A stretch of 57,728 bases of DNA from a virus (taxonomy: Duplodnaviria > Caudoviricetes), in IMG/VR virus record IMGVR_UViG_3300030430_005103, positions 1 through 57,728 of that record; one strand, 5' to 3'. Both the position numbers and the translations under genes were made by a program. Below, piece after piece: positions 26,901-36,600 of the stretch (positions within the stretch are counted from its first letter, which is position 1; each line of letters begins with the position of its first letter). Below the pieces are notes generated by a model that searched no databases, was not told where the DNA came from, and was given only the letters and a program-made list of their open reading frames with translations.

Positions 26901-29505
26901 AGGCGCCAATAATGAAAATCAATCATCTTTCAGTAGTGAGATTCAGAAAACTGTACAGGAAGACATAGGGTTTTTTGGTGACATAATAGAGAGAATAATC
27001 ATTGAGCACGCAGAATTTATTTCACAAAGCGATTTGTTTAAAAAGCAAATATTTAACAATTTACAATTGACAAAGAAGAATACATGCTCTCCAGCGCTTC
27101 TGAGTTTTGATGATATAATTGAAAAAACAGAAAGCAGAACAAAAGGAATAGAGTGTCAAGTAGGGTTTGGTGTATTACCTACGCCATCTGAGATTGTTCA
27201 CATCGCATCAATATATGAAGCAATAATGAGGGTGGTTGTACTTAATGAATTACTAAAAAGTTTCTTTGTCTTTGCTAGCTTTGGTCTCGATACGATACTA
27301 CCCGATTTTTCAGATAACGCCACCACTGCCGATTCTTTTTACTATAAATACCTATCAGAAGTAATAGGAGAAAGAATGGATGAATTATTGCCAAATGAGT
27401 TTAAAGAGGTTGTTGAAAGGGCAGTGTTATTAGTCGGGTCTTCTGATTTAGATATTAAAATAGACGATTTACAATTGTCTCAGGTTATCAAAAATAATGT
27501 TTTTAATTCAATGAAAATTTTACAAGATGCCATCAGAGATCGATTAAAACAATCCAATATCAAAACAAAAATTGGTGGCACCGGCGCGGAAGGAGAATTA
27601 TTTGAAGAGTATTCTGAACCAAATTCAACGGCTATTTATCAAAATATGTTACAAAACATACTACCAGTCGAACCTGAATTTAAAATTTTAGACCCGCCAT
27701 CAATACTTTCTATAGATATGGATCGTAAGCGTATCACAATTCCATCAGGATTTTATTCAGATAACCCAAGACTACAAAATGGCGGATTTTTTATTGAGAG
27801 GGGGCTGGAGATATTCAACAACAAAGATCAAGGTAAAAAAAGTAGTCTCGCCCCGGGGGAGGGCGGCCTAGTCGCTTTAAGTGCTCAAGAGCTAAATAAA
27901 CTTATCTCACTTTTACCCTCTAGAGAGTTCCTTGAAAGCGCAGGTGTAATAACACCAGTTGTCGCTGGAGCCTTGCAAGAAGCTGGCATTTTTGACATAG
28001 AAGGCCAAGAAGAGCAGGCAGCTGCCATATCACAATACAAAGAGTTTGTGGCGACTATTAATTATTACCTAAATAAAGGCTCGACTGAATTTGAAACATT
28101 TTCTAGTTATCCGGTGGATAAATTACAACAATCAAAAGCTTTTTATAATATGAGCAATATCGTTGGCAAATTGTCAGACACCGATGACGTGAAGAAAACT
28201 CCTTCTGTTTTTAAAAGTGAACCTTCGTTATCATCCACCAGTATACAGAACACTTCTTATATCTGGCAAAAATATCTATTTGGATTAGAGGTTGATGGGA
28301 CCGATGCTGGAAACGAAGGCTTGTCAACATTATTTAACCCAATATCTATTGGAGATAGAGAGGTAAATAATGACAATAATGAAAGCTTAAAAAAACTGAT
28401 CATGCTTATGGCCAGGAAGCAAGGCAGGATACCCATTAATAGTTCGGAGGCGGAAGAAATTAAACAAGTTTTCGTCGCCGCGCAAGCTTTTGCTGAAGAG
28501 GTGTCAAAGTCACTGTTGTTTGCTAACCCCGGCGCAGCAGATGGCGCTGACAACTCGGCAAAAAAGGTAATAGCTGAATTAACAGCGCTAAGTCCTGAAT
28601 TGGATTACGACACTTTAGTACAGTTTTTGAAAGGCAGACTCGAAAAAGTAGATACTTATTTTTACAAGCTTGGAAGATATGAGACTTTAAATTTATTAAT
28701 AAAAGTGGATACAACCCCAGCCACTACCTCCAGTCTTCAAACTTTATTTTCAAAATTGGAAAGTTTAGATATAAATTTATTCCCAGGCGATACTATTCTT
28801 GAGAGTGCTAAAAATAGACAAAGTTTTATACAATCTGTATTAGAAAGAAAATACTTTTTGCATGAGAACGGTGGCGCCACGTATTTTAAATTACCTGTGG
28901 CTTACAGGTATCAGGAAGTATCCACACTGGAGGAATATAAAACAAAGATTATAAACGATATTCCAACCGGCGATGCAGCTAGCGGATTCGCAGATCTGAC
29001 TTCCTTTGACTTGAGAGAAAGCTTTTTAAAACCTATCTTCGATTCAATCAATTATAAAGATCTGTTATCTTTTGTGTCTATTATGGTAACTGAAATATTA
29101 AGTAAAGAATATCCAACGCTTGATGATATTTTCAAAAATACAATTATAACTTTGGGCACAGGGATGAAACAAGCCACGGCCACCTCAAACAGATTAAATA
29201 ATCCTAATTTATACGAAAATAGTTTTGATGTCGATGCTTATGCTCAACCTGGATTTTCAAACCCAGATATGATATCTTTATTCTTAGAAGCAATAATAAA
29301 AGGTGTTGCTAATATGACGGATCCAACCTGGAGAACTCCATGGTTCTTCCCAGGGCCGTTAACTCCATTTGGAATTTTAGCTAAATTTTTAGAGGGAGAA
29401 GACGATCAAGGTATGAATCCTCAAAAAGCAGCAGCGAAAGCCGCTGCCGAAACTGATAGCAGTTCGGATGGCTCCGGAGCATACGATTGTCCGGATAAAG
29501 AATAA
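23992..29505 (+). CDS. Large mostly helical virion structural protein (1837 aa)
   Basis: Long ORF between the spike-like gene and gp25; no recognisable catalytic motif. Confidence 0.6.
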   Translation: MNYFKRWYIQPVITKINDDVAIEIFNNRIAATAPSGYDFENIQFIQLFSTSEDGSTPSFTELAEDIAGEIYHCNVKFPLSDIKKIWSIEEITTSAYAEAIIENYGDFQTVLKSKIMENFVTHEEDKIKKVGRYLKNQLEGMRLSDRSVRDETLSVTISPNDGLALFTMIERTSDIFLSGRYYIETGEEEAGSIMSFQAIIFLQKQVVDEPRIEITDQFFAGPDNISLFGLNPLGLNKLRKVACYPVPKEERNPKDDDSGAETKRKKLTPEDIKKRELTKKQKADISKKVKAKLLQVSDSAFLNALLNADKIRTTRDAFDFVLNVFPLSQIIDLAIDCLKKYLPDAPDLVVCNVIMKNLSDAELQKILRYVNVNVTTDTVAAAFKAQLIDQFDGSVEDDSLGFKDFLLTQFNSNVGTKEIICAMVFAAIPAAITLLALYTKQSISNLTPEGTCGDPLLPTEKQAKKALENPVKDILNQIEKGLKSHPILGFTRNLPDTLLKQLILFVDQIIVKAIAFILQELAYLCDGSSKSDFANAPSQAQPFDSNINDLLINKNDDAVYDDLFNFINNISFNGAPDDVDIESIKDFFQDISDLLTLSELCVLMTGEPTDLRYNLIIDKLLYGLLSLGKYTPLKIVLDTRQKIKNFVNVFAENFDEAACNERIEDLTKRKKMLSDLCDSTDNAYIDDLKNKAAQDAIDDLLNQEKDLLEDLLNTIKDLTSPEAPEVFCGPDATARGVQPLLPSFQDASQLNIAKKHLASVLSIANKTFEVEINGFKTALTRSKQFDISKNSISAVSKIFSSGMAGNIGGALSKTYGIDPTTENEEPAFDKEGVEANVKYLSTQNKLVAPLVNEVFTSIGSENNLTVIPLETGLYGSTVLKISTSWQNSQLDYYLYLPSSSQLKPQGFNDEDYMIPVDELEGDDADRRLSPNGTKLVFSALDDNEVAVYNSSLSSQSSAYPLKKGKIFGTGGANNENQSSFSSEIQKTVQEDIGFFGDIIERIIIEHAEFISQSDLFKKQIFNNLQLTKKNTCSPALLSFDDIIEKTESRTKGIECQVGFGVLPTPSEIVHIASIYEAIMRVVVLNELLKSFFVFASFGLDTILPDFSDNATTADSFYYKYLSEVIGERMDELLPNEFKEVVERAVLLVGSSDLDIKIDDLQLSQVIKNNVFNSMKILQDAIRDRLKQSNIKTKIGGTGAEGELFEEYSEPNSTAIYQNMLQNILPVEPEFKILDPPSILSIDMDRKRITIPSGFYSDNPRLQNGGFFIERGLEIFNNKDQGKKSSLAPGEGGLVALSAQELNKLISLLPSREFLESAGVITPVVAGALQEAGIFDIEGQEEQAAAISQYKEFVATINYYLNKGSTEFETFSSYPVDKLQQSKAFYNMSNIVGKLSDTDDVKKTPSVFKSEPSLSSTSIQNTSYIWQKYLFGLEVDGTDAGNEGLSTLFNPISIGDREVNNDNNESLKKLIMLMARKQGRIPINSSEAEEIKQVFVAAQAFAEEVSKSLLFANPGAADGADNSAKKVIAELTALSPELDYDTLVQFLKGRLEKVDTYFYKLGRYETLNLLIKVDTTPATTSSLQTLFSKLESLDINLFPGDTILESAKNRQSFIQSVLERKYFLHENGGATYFKLPVAYRYQEVSTLEEYKTKIINDIPTGDAASGFADLTSFDLRESFLKPIFDSINYKDLLSFVSIMVTEILSKEYPTLDDIFKNTIITLGTGMKQATATSNRLNNPNLYENSFDVDAYAQPGFSNPDMISLFLEAIIKGVANMTDPTWRTPWFFPGPLTPFGILAKFLEGEDDQGMNPQKAAAKAAAETDSSSDGSGAYDCPDKE

Positions 29506-29524
29506 CCATAAATTCGCTAAAAGA

Positions 29525-29547
29525 AAATAGTTTTTATAAACTATTTA
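29525..29547 (+). promoter_or_regulatory. AACTATTTA motif embedded in a 9-bp inverted repeat upstream of gp25
   Basis: AAATAGTTT-TTAT-AAACTATTT, followed by AAGGAG SD and GTG start. Confidence 0.55.
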
Positions 29548-29566
29548 TGGATAAGGAGAATCTTTA

Positions 29567-29989
29567 GTGGCCTTAACTTCAAGTAAAAATAAAACATTTG
29601 GTTATGATGCTGTTATACCGTTAAATCAAGATACATCTGACTTGTTTTATGAGCTTCATAAAACACTAAAATCAAAAGTACAACAAAATTTAAGAATGCT
29701 GTTGTATACCTCTCCTGGTGAAAGAATTATGATACCAAATTATGGTGTTGGGTTAAAAAGATTTCTATTTGAGCAATCTCCAGAATACTTGATAGATGAT
29801 AGAATAAGACAACAGGTATCTATTTATTTACCGGAGATTACAATCACTTCTTTAAACATTTCGCGTGATAACGCGCTGGCCATAAAAACAGGCGCCACAA
29901 ATAATTTGTCTGTGGAATTGATATATGTGATAAATGGCACCAATGTACGTGATTCTTTAATAGTTGTTGATGAATTAACTAAAGTTTAA
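29567..29989 (+). CDS. Baseplate wedge subunit, gp25/GPW-like
   Basis: QNLRMLLYTSPGERIMIPNYGVGLKRFLFEQ...YLPEI signature. Confidence 0.9.
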   Translation: MALTSSKNKTFGYDAVIPLNQDTSDLFYELHKTLKSKVQQNLRMLLYTSPGERIMIPNYGVGLKRFLFEQSPEYLIDDRIRQQVSIYLPEITITSLNISRDNALAIKTGATNNLSVELIYVINGTNVRDSLIVVDELTKV

Positions 29990-30007
29990 CGAGGGATTTT
30001 TAAAAAA

Positions 30008-31804
30008 ATGGCAGAGAAAAAACCAGCAATAAATTATACAAGCCGAGATTTTACAACAATAAAATCAGACCTAGTTGATTATGCTAGAAGATACTATCCT
30101 GAGACATTTAGAGATTTTTCTGTAAACTCTTTTGGTTCTCTGATGTTGGACACTGTTTCATATGTTGGTGACATTCTTTCGTTTTATCTAGATTATCAAG
30201 TTAATGAAACTTTTTTATCAACTGCGTCAGAGTATGACAATATATTAAAAATATCCAGACAGTTGGGGCTTAAGCCAGATTTATCACCAGCATCATTTGG
30301 TGTTTTGACACTTTTTGTATTAATCCCGGCAGGTACAAATGGCGCCCCTAACTATGATTACGCCCCCACTTTAAAAGCCGGAAGTAAATTTTCGACTACT
30401 GATGGAAAATTATACACTTTGCTAGAAGACGTTAATTTTAAAGACATTGAACAAAATGAGATAGTGCCTGGTCAAATCAACAACCAAACCTCCGTGCCAA
30501 TTTCATACGTCATTAGGGCTAGAGGTCAAGCTGTTTCTGGAGAATTATTAACTCGTACCATAGAGGTAGGAGCTTATGAAAGATTCAGAAAGGTGGAATT
30601 ACCCGGCACAAATATAACAGAGGTAGTTTCAGTGGTAGACACTGAAGGTAATCCATATTTTGAAGTAGATTATTTAACTCAAAATATTATTTATGTTCCG
30701 ATACAAAATACTGGCCCAGACCGAGCAACTGTAGCAAACATTTTAAAACCTATAGCTGTACCCAGAAGATACACTGTAACGAAAGAAAGAGGTTCTCTGT
30801 TTCTACAGTTTGGTTTTGGTACTAATGAAGATAGCGAAGAGGTACTGGACCCATCAAAAGTGTTGGTTAATCAGCACGGCAAAAAATATATTTCTGATGA
30901 CTCATTTGATCCAGCAGCGCTGGTTAAAAGTGATAGTCTGGGTATTAGTCCTTCAAATACTACATTAACTATTATTTATAGGGTTAACACAACAGAAAAT
31001 ACGAATACGTCCGCAAATAGTATTATAAATGTCAGAGATAGTATTATGAGCTTTCAAAATGAATTAGAATTAGACATTACACTGGTTCAAAACACAAAAG
31101 ACAGTTTGGAGGTTATAAATGAAACAGCATTTGTGGGCTCTGCTCCCTTGCCAAACTCTGATGAACTAAAACAAAGGGCTTTTGGTGTTTATTCAATGCA
31201 GAACAGAATAGTGACTCAAGAGGATTTAGTAACGGCTGCCTATAATATGCCCAGCTCTTTTGGGTCAATATCTAAAGCTTCAGCACAACAAGATTCTGAT
31301 TCTTTCAATCAAAGAAATATAAACTTATATGTAATGGCTCGTGGCGCCGATGGAAAGCTTCAAAAAGCCAATCAAACTATAAAAAATAATTTAAAATCTC
31401 ACATCTCTAGATATAAAATGATTAATGACTCAATTGATATATTGGACGCAAACATTATAAATCTTTCGTTATTTTATACAATAGTTGCCTATCCAGATGT
31501 TGATAAATTTAGAGCCATAGATACATCGAAGAGAGATTTGAGTGTGTTTTTTGCGAGACGTAGAGATTATGAAATCGGAGAGTCCTTTTCGATAACAGAT
31601 ATTTTTAGTGTATTAAAAAACTCTGCGCTAGTTTTAGATGTGGTTGAAGTAAGCGTGTTAACAAAAACCGGGCCGCTACATGCTGATACAGGTTTTATTG
31701 CCGAGAATAACTTATCCGCCGATGGTCGATTCATTACTTGTCCATCAGATTCTATTTTTGAAATTAAATTTCCGAATAATGATATTATAGGGACAATTAA
31801 ATAA
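30008..31804 (+). CDS. Baseplate wedge subunit, T4 gp6/J-like
   Basis: YTSRDF..IK..L, DF, SYVGDILSFYLD...NETFL.TA, LQFG.G, QNRIVT.ED. Confidence 0.9.
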   Translation: MAEKKPAINYTSRDFTTIKSDLVDYARRYYPETFRDFSVNSFGSLMLDTVSYVGDILSFYLDYQVNETFLSTASEYDNILKISRQLGLKPDLSPASFGVLTLFVLIPAGTNGAPNYDYAPTLKAGSKFSTTDGKLYTLLEDVNFKDIEQNEIVPGQINNQTSVPISYVIRARGQAVSGELLTRTIEVGAYERFRKVELPGTNITEVVSVVDTEGNPYFEVDYLTQNIIYVPIQNTGPDRATVANILKPIAVPRRYTVTKERGSLFLQFGFGTNEDSEEVLDPSKVLVNQHGKKYISDDSFDPAALVKSDSLGISPSNTTLTIIYRVNTTENTNTSANSIINVRDSIMSFQNELELDITLVQNTKDSLEVINETAFVGSAPLPNSDELKQRAFGVYSMQNRIVTQEDLVTAAYNMPSSFGSISKASAQQDSDSFNQRNINLYVMARGADGKLQKANQTIKNNLKSHISRYKMINDSIDILDANIINLSLFYTIVAYPDVDKFRAIDTSKRDLSVFFARRRDYEIGESFSITDIFSVLKNSALVLDVVEVSVLTKTGPLHADTGFIAENNLSADGRFITCPSDSIFEIKFPNNDIIGTIK

Positions 31805-33657
31805 TGGGAATTAAAAGATATTACGCTACAAAAGATAATACGATTACAAACGCTTTTAAATCAAGTTTGCAAACCCGCGGCGTTAGCGGAAACATGGGCC
31901 AGTCTGACATCCTAGAGGTTTTTAGTATTTACGCTCAGGTTAGCTCAAGTACTGGGTTATCCTCAGAACTATCGCGAGTACTAATTGAGTTTGACACAGC
32001 GGCAATAAATTCAGATAGATCGACGGGCGTTATCCCGGCATCTGGTAGTGTTAACTTCTTTTTAAAAATGTATGACGCAGAACATACACAAACTACACCA
32101 AAAAATTACACCCTGTTGGTTCAGCCAATATCTCAATCTTGGAATGAAGGTCTTGGTCTTGACATGGAAGAATACTCAGATGAAGATGCGTCAAACTATA
32201 TTTCTGCTTCTAGCGGTGTTCCTTGGGCAGATATTACCGGTAGAGCTACTGCCTCAATTGAAACCGTAGCGAAGGAATTGCTTACTGCGGGGACGTTTAC
32301 ATTGACAGACGCTGCCGGAATCTCAACAACATATAAGTTTGTGACAGGTGTGAATGTATCGGCAAACACTACAGCGTATACTCCTGGTACCACTATCAAT
32401 ATTGGTATCGACGGTATGGCCGGGGGTGATGCGGGAGCCACCGCAGATCAAACTATTGCACGGATTAATGCCGGCACAAATATCGGCTTTACCGCATCAA
32501 AGACAGGTAATAATGTTCTTGTAACCCAGAATACTGCTGGTACCGTAGGCAACAAAACGAACACACAGGACTCAGGCATGGGCTCTTTCGTTGTAAATAG
32601 TTTCACCGGCGGAACTGATGTTGAAGGTGGCAGCTATGTTGATAGCGCAGAATATACTTTTACTCAATCTTTTGACACAGGTTTTGAAGATCTAGAAATA
32701 GATGTAAGTCACTTAGTTGAAGATTGGATTAAGGGACCTAGTAGTAGCGGGTTAAACAACTTTGGTTTTGGAGTTCGCCTGACGGGTTCAGATGAAACGG
32801 CAACAGATTCGTTTTACACTAAAATGTTTTTCGCTCGTGGTTCACAATTTTTTCATAAGCGTCCAGTCATTGAGGCAAGGTTTGACGACACAAAAAAAGA
32901 TAATCGCGGTGATTTCTTTTTAAGTTCATCATTAGTACCAGCATCTGACAACTTAATGAATCTTTATCTTTACAATGTAGTCAGAGGTCAACTAACAGAC
33001 ATTCCAGCAGTTGGGACAGGAAATATATTAGTTAGTATATATAGCGGCAGTACTGAACCATCTGGAAGTAAACTTTTTCTACCTGAAGGCGGTGGTGTGG
33101 TGGCCTCCGGAGATCTTAATATAACAGGATCTCATGTAGAAACCGGTATATACTCGTGTTCATTTGCTTATGCTTCATCGAGCATAACAACAATATTTGA
33201 TGTATGGCACAGTGCTTCAGTAGAATACCATACTGGCTCGGCCATTAAAGTACAGACATTCAATAGTCAAAATTATAACTTCGATCAGAGATACGTGTCT
33301 AAAGTCACAAACTTACGACCGACGTATAGTAGAGATGAAAAGGTCAGATTTAGACTTTACACTCGTCAAAAAGATTGGTCTCCGACTATTTATACAGTAG
33401 CGAATAACGAAATAGAAACAAGTATAGTTGACAATGCTTACTATCGCTTTACTAGAGTGAGCGACGATCTAGATGTTATTCCATTTGGGACTGGTTCCCT
33501 AAACCACACTCGACTATCTTATGATACGAGTGGTAGCTACTTTGATTTAGAAATGAACTTGTTCGATACTGATACTGTATACGAATTGTCTTTTTCTTAC
33601 TTAATTAATGGCAGCTACGTTGAGCAACCAGAAAGGTTTAGGTTTAGAGTAGAGTAA
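31804..33657 (+). CDS. Virion protein with DNRLRE/CBM96-like domain and an inserted module
   Basis: KDNTI...N.G..DILEV...SRVLIEFD...SQSWNEG pattern; Ser/Thr-rich. Confidence 0.6.
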   Translation: MGIKRYYATKDNTITNAFKSSLQTRGVSGNMGQSDILEVFSIYAQVSSSTGLSSELSRVLIEFDTAAINSDRSTGVIPASGSVNFFLKMYDAEHTQTTPKNYTLLVQPISQSWNEGLGLDMEEYSDEDASNYISASSGVPWADITGRATASIETVAKELLTAGTFTLTDAAGISTTYKFVTGVNVSANTTAYTPGTTINIGIDGMAGGDAGATADQTIARINAGTNIGFTASKTGNNVLVTQNTAGTVGNKTNTQDSGMGSFVVNSFTGGTDVEGGSYVDSAEYTFTQSFDTGFEDLEIDVSHLVEDWIKGPSSSGLNNFGFGVRLTGSDETATDSFYTKMFFARGSQFFHKRPVIEARFDDTKKDNRGDFFLSSSLVPASDNLMNLYLYNVVRGQLTDIPAVGTGNILVSIYSGSTEPSGSKLFLPEGGGVVASGDLNITGSHVETGIYSCSFAYASSSITTIFDVWHSASVEYHTGSAIKVQTFNSQNYNFDQRYVSKVTNLRPTYSRDEKVRFRLYTRQKDWSPTIYTVANNEIETSIVDNAYYRFTRVSDDLDVIPFGTGSLNHTRLSYDTSGSYFDLEMNLFDTDTVYELSFSYLINGSYVEQPERFRFRVE

Positions 33658-33658
33658 T

Positions 33659-36600
33659 ATGTCCTTAAAAGATTTATTTAAAGAACAAAATTATAAATAT
33701 CTCGGAGGCACCGCGGTTAATTCTTTAACCTCTAGTGGCGTGGAATCAGCAGAATTTATAGAAAAGTTTATAGAGGACAGGGATAGGTTTGTCCCGCTCA
33801 TAGATTATTCCAAGCCGGCCAATTTTGCTAGATTTGGATCTGCAGAAAAATATTACTATGATTCAATAAAAAGAACTTACGAAACCTATCCTTATGATGG
33901 CTCTAAAAAAGAAAAAATACTTTGGGAACTTTCTTCATCTAATCTAGATTTATATCTTTTTGAGAATGGATATCCAAGAACCACTGGTTACGCAGTTTTC
34001 TCTAACACTAGTGTCACCGCTACAGCTACCTCAACAAATTATAGTATATGGGGCTCTTATGGCGCTGCCGGTACTGGAACTTATGAATATGTTTCTTTCA
34101 ATGGAGGTCCTCATCCCGGCCAGGGAAATAAAATATATATTGATCCAGACACCGGTGAAGCACACTATAGAAAAAATGCTAACATATATGATTTATCAAA
34201 GAATAGAGAGTGTAACCTAAAGATAGGTGGAAACGATGGAAATACAGTAGAGTTTTGGCTTAAAAAAGCCGCTTTTGATACTGACGCTACCCAAACAGAG
34301 GTTATCTTTGATATCTTCACCACAAGTTCAATTTCTTCAAGCGCTGATTACGGAAGACTTACGGTTGAGATGTCTGGCCATGGCGCAGATACAAACACTT
34401 TATCTCCTTTTTATGTGACTTATATGTCTGGTACCAACGGCATATCAAAACAAAACATTGGCGCCTCTTTGACGACCGCTTCTATTGCTGATGACAATTG
34501 GCATCATTACTCACTTAGATTTAAAAACACCGATTCAAATGTCTCAGTTGACCTTTTTGTTGACGGTAAATTTAATCATAATGTCACAACAGGTACAACT
34601 GTAGATTATGTTAGTGGAACAATTGTTGGAACAATTGGTGCTTTAGCTACAAACCCATCGGGTACCACTATCCAACCACAGGCCGCCAAAGGCTGGGGTA
34701 AGCTTTCTGGCTCTCTAGATGAGTTTAGATTTTGGAAAGTCTGGAGAAATTCAAGCCAAATCCAAACTAGATGGTTTGATCAAGTCGGCGGGGGTACCAA
34801 CACTGATGAGGCAAATACCCATTTAGGTCTTTACTATAAATTTAATGAAGGTATCACAGAGAAAATAGAAACAGATTCAAAAGTGTTAGATTACTCTGGA
34901 AGAATTAGTAATGGCAGTTGGGTTGGATATTCAAGTGTCTATTCCAGAGAAACCGGTTCTGCGATTAATGAATCTGGGTTGACATCTTATACAGCAACAG
35001 AGTTTCAAGATCCGATATTATATTCATTTCATCCACAAGTTTTTTCTTTTATGGAAGAAAAAAGAAAAGAAGGTAAAGAGTATGATTATACAAATCCATC
35101 AACAATTTATTATTCTCTACCATCATGGATTTTAGAAGAGCATGAAACCAGCAAATCTGATGGCGATGGTATAATATCAAATTCTTTATGGAATCTAACT
35201 CAAATAATAAGTAGCTATTTTGACAATGTGTCAAACATGATGGACTCGGTGCCTCAACTAAGCCAGACTGATTATTTTAGTGGCTCTTTTAAACCAACTC
35301 CTTTCATGAGTAGAATTTTGGAGTCAAAAGGCTTTATAGCGCCAGAGATATTTAATGCGATAGAAGCTTTAGAATATTTTGAAAACAGAGATAACAACAG
35401 CATTTACACTGAAAAAATTTCAAATGTTAAAAATATAATTTATAAAAACATCTATAATAATTTGACTTTTATTAATAAATCAAAGGGGACTGAAAAATCA
35501 CTTAGAAACCTTATTCGTTGTTTCGGTATAGATGATCAGATATATAAATTAAATTATTATGCCAATAGTGTTGATTTTATTTTAGAAGACAACCACCGTT
35601 CCATCTCAAGCAAACTGAAACTAATTAATTTTAATACAATTAACAATTCAAATGCCTCAGTTTATCAATACTCTAGTAGCTTAAATCCTAACAGTAGGAC
35701 ATTTATATCAGCTAGTAAGAATTTTGATCCTGCCAGTTCAGTTGAGACTGGTTTGCCGTTTTCTGTTGAAGCTAATGTAGTATTTCCAATTAGAGTCGAT
35801 GAATCAAAGTACAATACCTTAGCACAGGGCGCCACTTCGCGGACATATAATTATCCCTTATTTATTACTTCCAGTCTTTTTGGTATGCACACGGCCATAG
35901 ACACAGAACCAGAAAGTACAACTTGGAATTCCAACGACTATGCTAACTTTGTTGTTAAAGCAATTAAGTCTAAAACTTTCTCTAATAAAGCAAAATTCGT
36001 ATTAACAGGGACATTGGGAGGTTTTATCCCAGAGTTGTCCTCTTCATACGTTGATGAAGTGTATAATGATTCAAATTGGAGTTTTTTGGTTTCTTTATAT
36101 TCAAAAGCATATCCGAATGCTACCCAAGTAGACGGCACTTCGACATCCGATTACGTTGTTCAATTTACTGGTATTCAAAAAGTCTTAGAACAAACAATAA
36201 ATGAGTTTACGGTAACAGGCACAATCACAGCAAATGAGGCAACTAAGTTCTTAGCCTCTCCAAAAAGAACATTTGTTGGAGCACATAGAACTAACTTTAC
36301 TGGTGCTTTGCTTCAGCAGTCAGATATAAAAGTAAACAACTTTAGAGTTTGGCAAAATAAATTAACCAAAGAGGACTTAAGCTTACATGCTTCGGATCCA
36401 ACAAACTACAGCATTAAAAATCCGGAACAAAATGCTTTTCTATTTAATGAATCTTTAAATGAGGTTTTTATACCCAATAAAGAAACTTTGTTGCTACATT
36501 GGGATTTTTCCACTGTGACTGGCTCCGACTCCGCTGGAAATTTTATAGTTGAAGATCTAACTTCTGGTTCAAATGATCAAATATCTAGGTATGGTTATTT

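Noticed and set aside
23992-29505. Tape measure protein
   Set aside because: Helical and long, but no clear periodic repeats or adjacent tube/chaperone genes, so left as a generic structural protein.
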